DNA of 64,000 bases from Octopus bimaculoides. Its lineage: Eukaryota. Position 1 is the first letter of the stretch; each line of letters starts with the position of its first letter. Below, one piece after another: positions 50,682 through 64,000 of this stretch. The DNA is taken from positions 4,465,231-4,529,230 of the forward strand of contig NC_068997.1 in NCBI RefSeq assembly GCF_001194135.2. Direction: 5' to 3'. The translations under genes and the position numbers were made by a program. The notes below the pieces were generated by a model. The model saw nothing but the letters and a program-made list of their open reading frames with translations. It had not been told where the DNA came from and did no database searches.

Positions 50682-51734
50682 AATTTACTCGGAAAACATA
50701 TATAAAAACAACAAAATGTAAAGAACAACAACAATAATGACAACAATTACAAGACTAATTCCAATAACAGCAATTAAAACAGCAACGTTAATAGTGATGA
50801 TAATGACAATCACAACAACAACAACAACAACNNNNNNNNNNNNNNNNNNNNNNNNNNNNNNNNNNNNNNNNNNNNNNNNNNNNNNNNNNNNNNNNNNNNN
50901 NNNNNNNNNNNNNNNNNNNNNNNNNNNNNNNNNNNNNNNNNNNNNNNNNNNNNNNNNNNNNNNNNNNNNNNNNNNNNNNNNNNNNNNNNNNNNNNNNNNN
51001 NNNNNNNNNNNNNNNNNNNNNNNNNNNNNNNNNNNNNNNNNNNNNNNNNNNNNNNNNNNNNNNNNNNNNNNNNNNNNNNNNNNNNNNNNNNNNNNNNNNN
51101 NNNNNNNNNNNNNNNNNNNNNNNNNNNNNNNNNNNNNNNNNNNNNNNNNNNNNNNNNNNNNNNNNNNNNNNNNNNNNNNNNNNNNNNNNNNNNNNNNNNN
51201 NNNNNNNNNNNNNNNNNNNNNNNNNNNNNNNNNNNNNNNNNNNNNGTAAGGATTTGGTACGATTCTACCATTCACAGCCAATTCCACAATATTATAACGT
51301 GACTATAGAATGTTCAGATTCAAAGGATATGATTTTCACCTTTGACCTCCAGCTTCACATTCATTGGCGCAGTGTCATCTTCTTTGCCTGTTTGTCTGTC
51401 TATCTGTCTGTCTGTTTGTTTGTCTGTCTGTCTGTCTGTATGTATGTATGTATGTACGTGCGTCTGTGTATGTGTAATCGTGTTGGTGTGCGTGTGCTAT
51501 AGTGTCTGTGCGGAAAGATAAAATGTGTGTGTGCATTTGTGTATGTTTGTGTCTAAGCGCATTTACCTGTAGTATGTGAGAGCATGTGCCATGAGCGTGA
51601 TTCTATGTGAATCTTTGTCTGTATAAAAGCGAAAATTTAAACATTAATGTGCGTGTGTGTGGAGAGAGAGAGACAGAAACAGAGAGACACACAGACGTAC
51701 ATACATACATACATACATACATACATACATACAT

Positions 51735-51837
<103 letters not shown>

Positions 51838-52140
51838 TCCTATATATATGCGTTCATGTGTGAATTTAGGCTGAAAGATAAATTCGACTTGTCTATGTAT
51901 ATGCATGCATGCATTCATTCATGCATACACATACATACAAATATATATAGATAGGTAGATAGAGAGAAAGAGAAAGAAAGAGAGAGAGAATGAGAGAGAG
52001 ATTGAGAGAGACTGTGAGAGATTGATGCAGATAAACACGATTAGGCTTGATTATTTATATTTATATATATCATATATACATATGCACTTATAACTACGTA
52101 CATACATATACATATACATACACATACACGCGCGCGCACA

Positions 52141-52203
<63 letters not shown>

Positions 52204-52557
52204 CATTTAGAGATTTAAAACTACCTATATCTAGATAGATATATAGATACGTATAACTAAATATATTCAGAAAATAAACACATGTATAGCCTATAGATGT
52301 TTACATACATATATATAGACAAATATATTTAGATAGACCATAAAAAATACAGAATTCTACGGAGAGAATGTATTGTTTTTTAATTCGACAGTTGTTTCTG
52401 GAAGCTCGGAATTAGTAATAGTCCAGTTTTTTCTCCTGATGAAGGAGGCTGATCTTGTGGTACTACCTCTGTGTCACCATTTATTGGTTGCATGCCCGTG
52501 AGCTTTCCAGCTGCTAATTATGAATGCTTGTTTGAATGTTTAAATGTTTATATATAC

Positions 52558-52614
<57 letters not shown>

Positions 52615-54384
52615 NNNNNNNNNNNNNNNNNNNNNNNNNNNNNNNNNNNNNNNNNNNNNNNNNNNNNNNNNNNNNNNNNNNNNNNNNNNNNNNNNNNNNN
52701 NNNNNNNNNNNNNNNNNNNNNNNNNNNNNNNNNNNNNNNNNNNNNNNNNNNNNNNNNNNNNNNNNNNNNNNNNNNNNNNNNNNNNNNNNNNNNNNNNNNN
52801 NNNNNNNNNNNNNNNNNNNNNNNNNNNNNNNNNNNNNNNNNNNNNNNNNNNNNNNNNNNNNNNNNNNNNNNNNNNNNNNNNNNNNNNNNNNNNNNNNNNN
52901 NNNNNNNNNNNNNNNNNNNNNNNNNNNNNNNNNNNNNNNNNNNNNNNNNNNNNNNNNNNNNNNNNNNNNNNNNNNNNNNNNNNNNNNNNNNNNNNNNNNN
53001 NNNNNNNNNNNNNNNNNNNNNNNNNNNNNNNNNNNNNNNNNNNNNNNNNNNNNNNNNNNNNNNNNNNNNNNNNNNNNNNNNNNNNNNNNNNNNNNNNNNN
53101 NNNNNNNNNNNNNNNNNNNNNNNNNNNNNNNNNNNNNNNNNNNNNNTATAATAGAGATAAATCAATTAATAGGTATAGTTATTAACTGCAAAAATAAACT
53201 TAATCTCTAACAGCTGTTTCAATTCGTAGTTTAAAGATTATAATTGTAATAATTAAATCATTTTATAAACCAGAATGACGTCAGACGCAGTAAAAAAGAT
53301 ATACCAATATATTATTAGGTGTTAAATACACGGTGCATTACAGCAAAGTGAGTATTGTTATATGGGTAAATTTGGTATAAACCTTTTTATCGGAGCATAG
53401 GGTGTATATTTAGTAGGAAAGTAAATGTATATTAATATACCCTAGATAGTAGTTAGAAGATATAGAGATATATATTAAATAGTAATTTACCATGTATGTA
53501 AGTATCATATTAATACTTGGGTAAATATATTTATAGTTTATTATTATAGAGATTATTAATAAGTAGAAGTTATTAATAGTCAAAATATTTATCCAATAGA
53601 TTAAGTACATATTCACTTAAATTTATAGGTGTGCAAATCAATAAGTGAAAAATCAAAAAGGAATAGAATTATAGACATATGCATATATATATATGAATGT
53701 GTACATATAAATAAATACGTTAGAACACTTGTATATAGATATACATAAAAATTATCTAATCTTGCATACGTGCTTATACACATTTACACGTATATATATA
53801 TGATAAATATAAGTAAATATTTATGTAGTAATTACATGAGAAAAAAACTTATATAAATATGTAACTGTATGATTAAATATATTAATATTTATATTCATAC
53901 ACAAAAGTACCTATGTTCAAAAAGATTTCGATAAAACATGATAATAAATAATTGTGGATTACTTAAAAAATGTATTTCTAATAAGTACTTATTTTGGTAA
54001 GAAAACTGACACTCCTAACTATATTTTGTATTGGTCAAGTTAGTCAAAGAAATTCTATTGGTCGTTTGTTTTTAAAATAAATAGCGTTTCTATACATTTA
54101 TAAAGTCCGGTAACGGTAAAATAAATAAATAAATAAAATAAATGAATGAAGTTAATGTTATGTATACAATAAGAGAACAAGTTTAATAAATTTGTATTTA
54201 GGGGATACAACGGTTATGTATATGAAAAAAACTATTGGTCAATAAATTTTATACGAATGAGATAAAAAAAAACAAGGCTGTGAAGATTTTAGAACATTTA
54301 TAAATAGAAGGTCTTACAGCTGTTTCCAGAATATTTTTTGATATCCCTTCATTGGAGACGGTGTGAGATGGTTAAGCAATAGTT

Positions 54385-54450
<66 letters not shown>

Positions 54451-54565
54451 GGATGGATGGATGGATGGATGGATGGATGGATAGATGGATGGTTGGATAG
54501 TCAGACAGATAGAAAGATAGAAAGAAGGTGAGAGAAAGAAGAATATCGACCTTCCTATTCACCAT

Positions 54566-54596
<31 letters not shown>

Positions 54597-54754
54597 GTCA
54601 TTTACCATTGTATTGGAATGGGTTTAAGGATGCTGACCTCTTCTTCGAAAACCAGGTGCGACATGGTCATCACTGAAAGTCCTTTTGTTTTCTTTCTCTC
54701 TTCTTTCCTTCTTTTCTCCTTCTTTCTTTGTCTCCTTTTTTGGGTTATATTTAG

Positions 54755-54819
54755 AATACAAAATGTACAGTATTTGATGAAACAAACAATTCCCTCTGCC
54801 AACGTGGAAGAATCCACAG
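54755..54819 (+). CDS. Candidate internal exon (65 nt), unknown protein
   Basis: Long polypyrimidine tract 54685-54740, ttag| acceptor, cag|GTAACA donor. Open frame IQNVQYLMKQTIPSANVEEST(G). Confidence 0.3.
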
Positions 54820-54967
54820 GTAACATGTGCGACAAGAGAAATTACGCAAGATTCTATTAAGTAAGCATCTGGAAAAATGCAGCGACGAAAGGGGAAAAAT
54901 TCAAATTTTTCCCCTTTTACAAGTGTGCACGGGACGATCTGCAATACCGAAAAGCAATGGAACTACA

Positions 54968-55545
54968 TTTCATCAGAAAATTCTCTCCAAAATTGAATGT
55001 TTGAACGAAAAACGGAGACAGTACATTTAGTATTCTAAATATAACTCAAATATCGGAAGCATAATGCTCATCTCTGCAAATATTCGGGTCTATATATGTG
55101 ACATTGAGATGTTCTGAGCTTTGCGTGTTTCTCTAGTTTGTAAGTGTTATACTAATATTCTCTGATGCAAAAACATGAAATTGAAAAAGGCGTGATCGAG
55201 GTTAAATAGTATAAACATGGACATGTTCCCAACCACACACACACGCACACACACACTCACTTCATTAAGGGATTCACTCCAAAATTGAATGTTTGAAGGT
55301 AAAGTGGAGAATTTGCATTTTATATTCCAAATGTGGCTTATCTCTACAAATGTTCAGATATATATATATGTGTTGCATTGGGATGTTCTAGCTTTACGTA
55401 TACATGTATATTTTTTTTTATCTTATTTATTTATTTAAATTTTTAATATTCAAATATTATACTTTCATCAAAAAATTCTCTCCAAAATTGAATGTTTGAA
55501 AGAAAAGGGGAGACAGTACATTTTGTATTCTAGATATAATTCCGA
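54968..55545. repeat. Three diverged direct copies of an ~80-120-bp unit
   Basis: ctccaaaattgaatgtttgaa...ggagacagtacattt..tattct at ~54968, ~55270 and ~55465. Confidence 0.75.
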
Positions 55546-56111
55546 GGAGAAAAAGAAAGGGAAAGGGAAAAAAGAAGGAAAGGCGAATTCATTTTTTTGT
55601 TCGTTCTAGTGTTATATTGGCGCGCCTCATGAATTCTCTTTATCGTGGTTTAAGCTTTAACTGGCATTTTTAGCATATAAGGAGTCCTATCAATAGACCC
55701 CTCTCTGTGTATAAAATATTTTATACACTTTTATATTTTTAAAAATGTCATGTCTTATGATTTTTATTTATGCATACTAACCACTGGTAATAAATTATTT
55801 TAATTTATTACCCTCATATTTACAATATCAGCTCATTTGTATTTTTCTTATCACCACCCTTTACCCCATGGACCTACTCCTCGATAAACATTTCGACTCA
55901 AACTTCAATCAATGTGTGGTTGTTGTACGTGAATATCTTTGATGGAAATTTGTGGCGTATTATCATTCGACGATTGCTTGGATTTTTAACACGAACATGT
56001 AACTACTATTATTAAGAATTTAGTAAACCAAATATCGACTATACAAATATGCCCAAACTGAAAACCTACATAGAAAAATACATTGATATGCATATGTTTG
56101 TATGTATGGGT

Positions 56112-56142
<31 letters not shown>

Positions 56143-57105
56143 NNNNNNNNNNNNNNNNNNNNNNNNNNNNNNNNNNNNNNNNNNNNNNNNNNNNNNNNNN
56201 NNNNNNNNNNNNNNNNNNNNNNNNNNNNNNNNNNNNNNNNNNNNNNNNNNNNNNNNNNNNNNNNNNNNNNNNNNNNNNNNNNNNNNNNNNNNNNNNNNNN
56301 NNNNNNNNNNNNNNNNNNNNNNNNNNNNNNNNNNNNNNNNNNNNNNNNNNNNNNNNNNNNNNNNNNNNNNNNNNNNNNNNNNNNNNNNNNNNNNNNNNNN
56401 NNNNNNNNNNNNNNNNNNNNNNNNNNNNNNNNNNNNNNNNNNNNNNNNNNNNNNNNNNNNNNNNNNNNNNNNNNNNNNNNNNNNNNNNNNNNNNNNNNNN
56501 NNNNNNNNNNNNNNNNNNNNNNNNNNNNNNNNNNNNNNNNNNNNNNNNNNNNNNNNNNNNNNNNNNNNNNNNNNNNNNNNNNNNNNNNNNNNNNNNNNNN
56601 NNNNNNNNNNNNNNNNNNNNNNNNNNNNNNNNNNNNNNNNNNNNNNNNNNNNNNNNNNNNNNNNNNNNNNNNNNNNNNNNNNNNNNNNNNNNNNNNNNNN
56701 NNNNNNNNNNNNNNNNNNNNNNNNNNNNNNNNNNNNNNNNNNNNNNNNNNNNNNNNNNNNNNNNNNNNNNNNNNATATATATATATATATATACACATAT
56801 ATATACACACATATATATATGGGTGCGGGTACTTTGTTTATTTAGAAGTGTTGGTGTGTCTGTGTGTATAAATATAGATATGTAGGTGGAGAAATAGACA
56901 GATATATAGAGATAGAGAGAAGGGGTGAAAGAGAAAGAGAGAGTTATCATTCATTAATATAAATACTTTACAAAACTTATAATTTATGATAATCATAGAA
57001 CTGATATGGATGGATGGATGGATGGATGGATGGATGGATGGATAGAATGATGGATGTGTGTTCATATATACATGCATATATTACATAAATATATATGTAT
57101 ATATA

Positions 57106-57193
<88 letters not shown>

Positions 57194-57405
57194 ATGTAAA
57201 TTGTAGCTATGGGCTTGTTGACTGGGATTCTACTGCGACCTGAAACCAAATATAAAATGATTCTAGTTGACAATTTGAACTTTTAATGACAATTCGCAGG
57301 ATGGCTTGGGGATATTTTTCTTCCAAAATGTTCGTCTTATGAGCAGGGTAATATAGTTTACATACGTATATATGTATATGTATGTATATCTATCGATATA
57401 TAGAT

Positions 57406-57446
<41 letters not shown>

Positions 57447-57562
57447 CGTACATGTGTATAGGCATGCACACATGCATACGCATGNNNNNNNNNNNNNNNN
57501 NNNNNNNNNNNNNNNNNNNNNNNNNNNNNNNNNNNNNNNNNNNNNNNNNNNNNNNNNNNNNN

Positions 57563-57602
<40 letters not shown>

Positions 57603-58005
57603 TACACACTTTGCAGTCTATAATAGACGCCTACAGTTACAATGTAATGAGTATATCCCAGTGATACGATTACCATATTTATTAGTGTTTTTAATGTATT
57701 TAATAATGTATTTATTATAGAACGCTATTTGGTCTCTTGTGAATCAACAACTACAATATCCCACGTACCACTTATAGGCAGACGAAAATACCACCAAAGC
57801 AGTCGCTTTGATTTTTTTTTGGGGGGGGGAGTTAATTTGCTCAGACATTGTATCGTACCAGCGATACTACACCATTGTGTAGTATCGAGAGTTTAGTAGA
57901 AAAAGGTTTAGTAGAAAAATCGATGTGTTTGTTGGATCATCATTATTGTGCTACAGTTTCATGAAGGAGCACGGCCTGGGTATCTTATTTTTTACCTATT
58001 TCAAT

Positions 58006-58185
58006 GACGCCTGGGACACCGCCTTGAAGAAATTTTAGTCGAAAGAATCGACCCCAGAACTTTTTTCAGGCTTGGTACTTATTCTGTTGGTGCCGTTTGC
58101 CGAGCCGCTAATTTACCGGGACGTAAACACACCAACACCAGTTGTCAAGCAGTACTGAGGGACAAACACTGACACAACGACACAC

Positions 58186-58240
<55 letters not shown>

Positions 58241-58403
58241 ACACACGCATATATAATATATATATATATACACACACACAACGTGCTTCTTACAGATTCC
58301 GCCTACCAAATCCACTCACAAAGCTTTGGAACGCATGTGGCTAGAGTAGAAGACACTTGGCCAAGGTGTCACGCAGTGGGATTGAACCCGGAGCCATGTG
58401 GTC
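58006..58403 (-). mobile_element. SINE family C
   Basis: Reverse complement of the 20835 family, including the internal microsatellite. Confidence 0.8.
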
Positions 58404-58742
58404 CCAAGTATGTGATTAAAAGACTAATATTTCACAAGAGATTCCTGAAGAGTATGATGAAAACATCTAGGAGTTTCAATCTCACAAATATACGACAAAC
58501 ACCAGGAAGAAAGCAAATAATGAATTAGGGACAAATCGATAATATTGGGGTTGTGTTGGTAATGTTCGATGTTCAATGTGCCGTCAGACAAAGCTGTCGA
58601 AAATAAAGATGCAAAGCTGATAAATATATAAACAACTGGTCATAAAATCGACCCAACTATTCCGCGGCTTTTGTGGTTTGTGGTATTGGCGGCACAAGTT
58701 TTTGTTTTTGTTTATCTTTAAACGAGCTAAGATTCTCAGACA

Positions 58743-58910
58743 CATTATCCTGTAGGCGTAGGCATGGTTGTATGATTCAGAAATTCTCTTGGCAACCATT
58801 TGGTTTCGGGTTCAGTTCCACTGCGCGGCACCCTAGGCAAATGCCTTCTACTATAGCCAGAACCTGCTAATGACTTGTGAGTGAATTTAGTTGGCGGAAA
58901 CTGTGTGGGA
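58743..58910 (+). mobile_element. SINE family C 5' half
   Basis: gggttcagttccactgcgcggcaccctaggcaaatgccttctactatagcc. Confidence 0.75.
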
Positions 58911-59129
58911 CCCTATCGTAAATAGCTTTACCTCTTCCCCTGAAAATGCTGGCCTTGTGCCAAAATTTGAAACCATTATGACCTTTTCTCTACGTTATTT
59001 ATATGTGTATGTATGTATGTATGTATGTGTGTATATATGTATATATCACTGTATAACTGTATTGACCAGATCATCGAATGTTGGTATTCACCGCTGGTCA
59101 CAATGCGTTTCCTCACATTCTTGTAACTT

Positions 59130-59305
59130 TCGAAGGATGCTACCTCACTGGCTAGGCAGTCAGACCAACATTTCCTCTGAATAGGATGTCAGTCCATCGC
59201 AGGGTTACACACTTACAGCTGAATTGACTGGAGCAACGTGAAATGAAGTCTTTTGCTCAAGAACACAACTTACCACTCAGTCTGGAAATCGAACCACGAT
59301 CTTGT
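59130..59305 (-). mobile_element. tRNA-derived SINE family E fragment
   Basis: Minus strand B box gtggttcgatttcc, then gtgttcttgagcaaaagacttcatttcacgttgctccagtcaattcagctg. Confidence 0.6.
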
Positions 59306-59628
59306 GGGGGGGGGTATGTAATATTCGTGTTTGTGTATGTGTTCGTGGTGAAAGACACACATGGTCCTCAGAAGGACTCTCATAATTTCTCATAATTCAT
59401 TTAATGGACATTTGTTCTCTGAGAGTGCTCTGCAGCTCATTACAAATAAGTTGGAGCTATGTCCAACGTCTATGTGACGTGATTCAAAACAAAGCACCTG
59501 GAATATAAACTATATTGAGAAAACATACATATTTACTCTATTGTAAACTTCCATATATATACTGATATATACTTATTTATGTATGTATATGCATACACAC
59601 ACATATGTATGTGTATATGTATATATAA

Positions 59629-59683
<55 letters not shown>

Positions 59684-59995
59684 ATGTACACTTACTATTA
59701 TACATATATATTCATAAACACCTCTATGTGTATGTGCATATGTATATATTATAAGTGCATTAGTGTATTTCTTTGCGTATGCATACGTGTATAAAACACA
59801 AACACTCGCACACACACACACACACACTTACACATACACATGTATATATATATATGATATTATATATACCGAGAGAGATGGGGAAGAGAGTGAGTGAAAA
59901 AGAAAGACTAAAACTAGAAAGCGTTGGTATTAATTTATTTTCCGTTTCCACTTCGTTTTGCAGTATGAATATAATGTATATACATACACAAACAC

Positions 59996-60065
<70 letters not shown>

Positions 60066-61184
60066 GCATATACATATGTATTCATGTATATGTATGTATA
60101 TATACATATATATGAATATGTATATATATAAATATATATATATNNNNNNNNNNNNNNNNNNNNNNNNNNNNNNNNNNNNNNNNNNNNNNNNNNNNNNNNN
60201 NNNNNNNNNNNNNNNNNNNNNNNNNNNNNNNNNNNNNNNNNNNNNNNNNNNNNNNNNNNNNNNNNNNNNNNNNNNNNNNNNNNNNNNNNNNNNNNNNNNN
60301 NNNNNNNNNNNNNNNNNNNNNNNNNNNNNNNNNNNNNNNNNNNNNNNNNNNNNNNNNNNNNNNNNNNNNNNNNNNNNNNNNNNNNNNNNNNNNNNNNNNN
60401 NNNNNNNNNNNNNNNNNNNNNNNNNNNNNNNNNNNNNNNNNNNNNNNNNNNNNNNNNNNNNNNNNNNNNNNNNNNNNNNNNNNNNNNNNNNNNNNNNNNN
60501 NNNNNNNNNNNNNNNNNNNNNNNNNNNNNNNNNNNNNNNNNNNNNNNNNNNNNNNNNNNNNNNNNNNNNNNNNNNNNNNNNNNNNNNNNNNNNNNNNNNN
60601 NNNNNNNNNNNNNNNNNNNNNNNNNNNNNNNNNNNNNNNNNNNNNNNNNNNNNNNNNNNNNNNNNNNNNNNNNNNNNNNNNNNNNNNNNNNNNNNNNNNN
60701 NNNNNNNNNNNNNNNNNNNNNNNNNNNNNNNNNNNNNNNNNNNNNNNNNNNNNNNNNNNNNNNNNNNNNNNNNNNNNNNNNNNNNNNNNNNNNNNNNNNN
60801 NNNNNNNNNNNNNNNNNNNNNNNNNNNNNNNNNNNNNNNNNNNNNNNNNNNNNNNNNNNNNNNNNNNNNNNNNNNNNNNNNNNNNNNNNNNNNNNNNNNN
60901 NNNNNNNNNNNNNNNNNNNNNNNNNNNNNNNNNNNNNNNNNNNNNNNNNNNNNNNNNNNNNNNNNNNNNNNNNNNNNNNNNNNNNNNNNNNNNNNNATAT
61001 ATATTTATTTATTTTGGTTTTTGGTAGTATATTTTTGTTTTTGCATTTTTGTTTTTTTTTTTGTCTTCTGTATTCCATTATCTACTTGTAATAACTCCAC
61101 TCTCAACGTCGTCACTCACCGACAGACACACAGACAGACAGATAGATTATGAGGAAAAGACTACCAGCAACAACAACAACAACG

Positions 61185-61223
<39 letters not shown>

Positions 61224-62506
61224 GCAAGACCAACAAGACCCTGTCATTTGCCATTAGCATGAAATTTGACTTCGGTCATCGCAAACAACGGTAGGAGAGA
61301 GTGGAGCTGGGGTATCTGGAACTTACTATTAATCAACTGCCATTTTACAGAATTCCTATTCCCCCCACCCTACCTCCAGGTTCACTAATAATCTCACCAG
61401 ACTCATTCTTTTCTTTTTGTTTTGTTTTGTTTTTTTTTGTTTTGCTTTCAAGACGATTTCTTTTTTTGTTTCGTTTGTATTTATATTTGAGATGGGATGT
61501 TTATTAAGTGTATATATGTATATATATANNNNNNNNNNNNNNNNNNNNNNNNNNNNNNNNNNNNNNNNNNNNNNNNNNNNNNNNNNNNNNNNNNNNNNNN
61601 NNNNNNNNNNNNNNNNNNNNNNNNNNNNNNNNNNNNNNNNNNNNNNNNNNNNNNNNNNNNNNNNNNNNNNNNNNNNNNNNNNNNNNNNNNTATATGCATA
61701 CATAGATAGAAATATGGATAGATAAATGCGTAGATAATAGACGCAGGTATATACATTACATTTTACCGTATTTGTGTGTCTCTACCTGTTTTACATAGAT
61801 GTGTGTGTCCGTGCGCGTGTGTGTGTATGCATGCATATATGCATGTATACACACATATATATACGCACATAGATACACACATATTCATAGATAAAATCAT
61901 ACACAAACGAGGGACTACTTACCTACCCATATATCTATTTGTCCATCTGGGTATGTAAACTGACTTTCATTCAATTTTCTTACCTGCCTGTATTTGTGTG
62001 TGGGGTGGGATACATGCATGTATGTCTATATATGCGTGTGTGCGTATGTGTGTGTATGTGTGTGTATGTGTGTGGGTGCGTGTTTGTGTGTGTGTGTATG
62101 TTTGGGGTAGACGTACAATCATATCCGTCATTCTATCCATCATTACAACACCGTACTCCAGACGATTTCTCCACCCGTCTTGCCCCAGTCTCCACTCCCC
62201 AGGCTGTCCTATCCACCCACACCTCTCGTTGTTTACCGCTACACTCCCTAATAATAATAATAATGATTTTCCAATTACCGTATTTCCCGAACACCTCTAG
62301 CTTTAACAATGCCAACAACAACAAGAATAGATTTTCTTCAGCTTAGAAACTCTTTTCTTTCGTAATTTCCTCATCATTCCAATATCGTTGGAGTCTTATA
62401 GAGGCTTTAGTGGTGGTGGTCGTGGCGATGATGTTGGTGCTGTTGGTTGTGGTGACGAGGACGACGATGACGGTAATGATGTTGGTGATAATGATGCTGG
62501 TGGTAG

Positions 62507-62554
<48 letters not shown>

Positions 62555-63212
62555 CGATGATGGTGGAGGTAATGGCGGTGAGGATAACGCCGTCGACGAC
62601 GATGATAATTATGATTATGATAATTGTGTCGATGGTGGTGGTGGTNNNNNNNNNNNNNNNNNNNNNNNNNNNNNNNNNNNNNNNNNNNNNNNNNNNNNNN
62701 NNNNNNNNNNNNNNNNNNNNNNNNNNNNNNNNNNNNNNNNNNNNNNNNNNNNNNNNNNNNNNNNNNNNNNNNNNNNNNNNNNNNNNNNNNNNNNNNNNNN
62801 NNNNNNNNNNNNNNNNNNNNNNNNNNNNNNNNNNNNNNNNNNNNNNNNNNNNNNNNNNNNNNNNNNNNNNNNNNNNNNNNNNNNNNNNNNNNNNNNNNNN
62901 NNNNNNNNNNNNNNNNNNNNNNNNNNNNNNNNNNNNNNNNNNNNNNNNNNNNNNNNNNNNNNNNNNNNNNNNNNNNNNNNNNNNNNNNNNNNNNNNNNNN
63001 NNNNNNNNNNNNNNNNNNNNNNNNNNNNNNNNNNNNNNNNNNNNNNNNNNNNNNNNNNNNNNNNNNNNNNNNNNNNNNNNNNNNNNNNNNNNNNNNNNNN
63101 NNNNNNNNNNNNNNNNNNNNNNNNNNNNNNNNNNNNNNNNNNNNNNNNNNNNNNNNNNNNNNNNNNNNNNNNNNNNNNNNNNNNNNNNNNNNNNNNNNNN
63201 NNNNNNNNNNNN

Positions 63213-63320
63213 GCCTAGTACTTGTTCTATCGGTCTCTCTTGACGAATCGCTAAGTTACGGAAACGTAAGCACACCAACATCGGTTGCCAAGCGGTGATG
63301 GGGAAACAAACACAAATATA
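63213..63320 (-). mobile_element. SINE family C central fragment
   Basis: gcctagtacttgttctatcggtctc...gctaagttacggaaacgtaagcacaccaacatcggttgccaagcg. Confidence 0.75.
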
Positions 63321-63931
63321 TATATATATATATTTAATACAAATGATATATGAGCATATGCATGTACATACCTACATCTACATGTATATATAGATGCATA
63401 TCCGGGTACAGGACGTCAAAGGGAACGGGAACAAATGAACACATAGGAAAACAGACGAGCCACTTATGGAACTTTTCCTTCATCAGCTGCCTCTATTCTA
63501 AACTAGGCGTTTCGAAGATGAGGCAGACGGCGCTCTTAGAATAGCTCTTCTCGCGAAGTTGTTTAACCTGCTAAGCAGAGGGTTCCAATGTAGCAAACAA
63601 AAACCAAAACAGGGAAAATTAAACAGTGAAAACAACATTAATGGCCGTTGGGCCGAACGCGATGAGATATTGAACGCTGTGATGTGACGAAGCTGAACGG
63701 AGAGAGACAGTAGCTTCGTCTTGCCTTTGTGCTGGCTGAAGGGAGAAAGGAAGAGGTGACCACAGGTCACGTGTGATCAACGAGGAGTGGTAGAGAGAGG
63801 AAAAGGGAGGAAGTGGAACAAAGGTGAGCGACGAGAGACAGGGAGGAAGAGTAATAGAGAGATATGTATAGCAGTGAAGGGGAAAAGCAAGGACAACAGA
63901 AGGAAGCAGAACGAGAGGGGGAGATAGGTAA

Positions 63932-64000
<69 letters not shown>
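63932..64000. repeat. (GAAA)n microsatellite
   Basis: Direct inspection. Confidence 0.95.

Noticed and set aside
52438-52480. CUGAUGAAGG motif, also CUGAAGA at ~58445
   Set aside because: No convincing stems or correctly placed GAAA.
63507-63690. ~60-codon plus-strand open frame RFEDEADGALR...
   Set aside because: Starts inside a dispersed repeat, has no ATG or good acceptor, and is within chance length.

Overview
AT-rich, gap-riddled eukaryotic genomic DNA with no intact multi-exon gene, rRNA or CRISPR array that I can support. Dense microsatellites and several tRNA-headed SINE families suggest an octopod cephalopod draft assembly (inference from repeat families, not tested). Almost all ORF-track entries come from microsatellites or N gaps. 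Recognisable content is mobile-element debris: R4/Dong-type RLE non-LTR fragments next to (TAA)n, a CR1-group RT fragment, an L1/Tx1-like ORF1 zinc knuckle, five mariner relics or MITEs, Tc1, pogo-like and hAT MITEs, a Chapaev3-like transposase tail and Penelope-like (PLE) remnants. The most interesting signal is a set of minus-strand hammerhead-ribozyme (HHR) motifs. The one at 5703-5794 has an intact catalytic core. It sits about 194 nt upstream of a second, minimal HHR-like motif, with a perfect 23-bp hairpin between them. Also notable are a ~70-bp minisatellite apparently born from a SINE central domain, a long-TIR mariner derivative, and three isolated exon-like islands. All identifications are by eye, and coordinates not tied to a stated motif are approximate.
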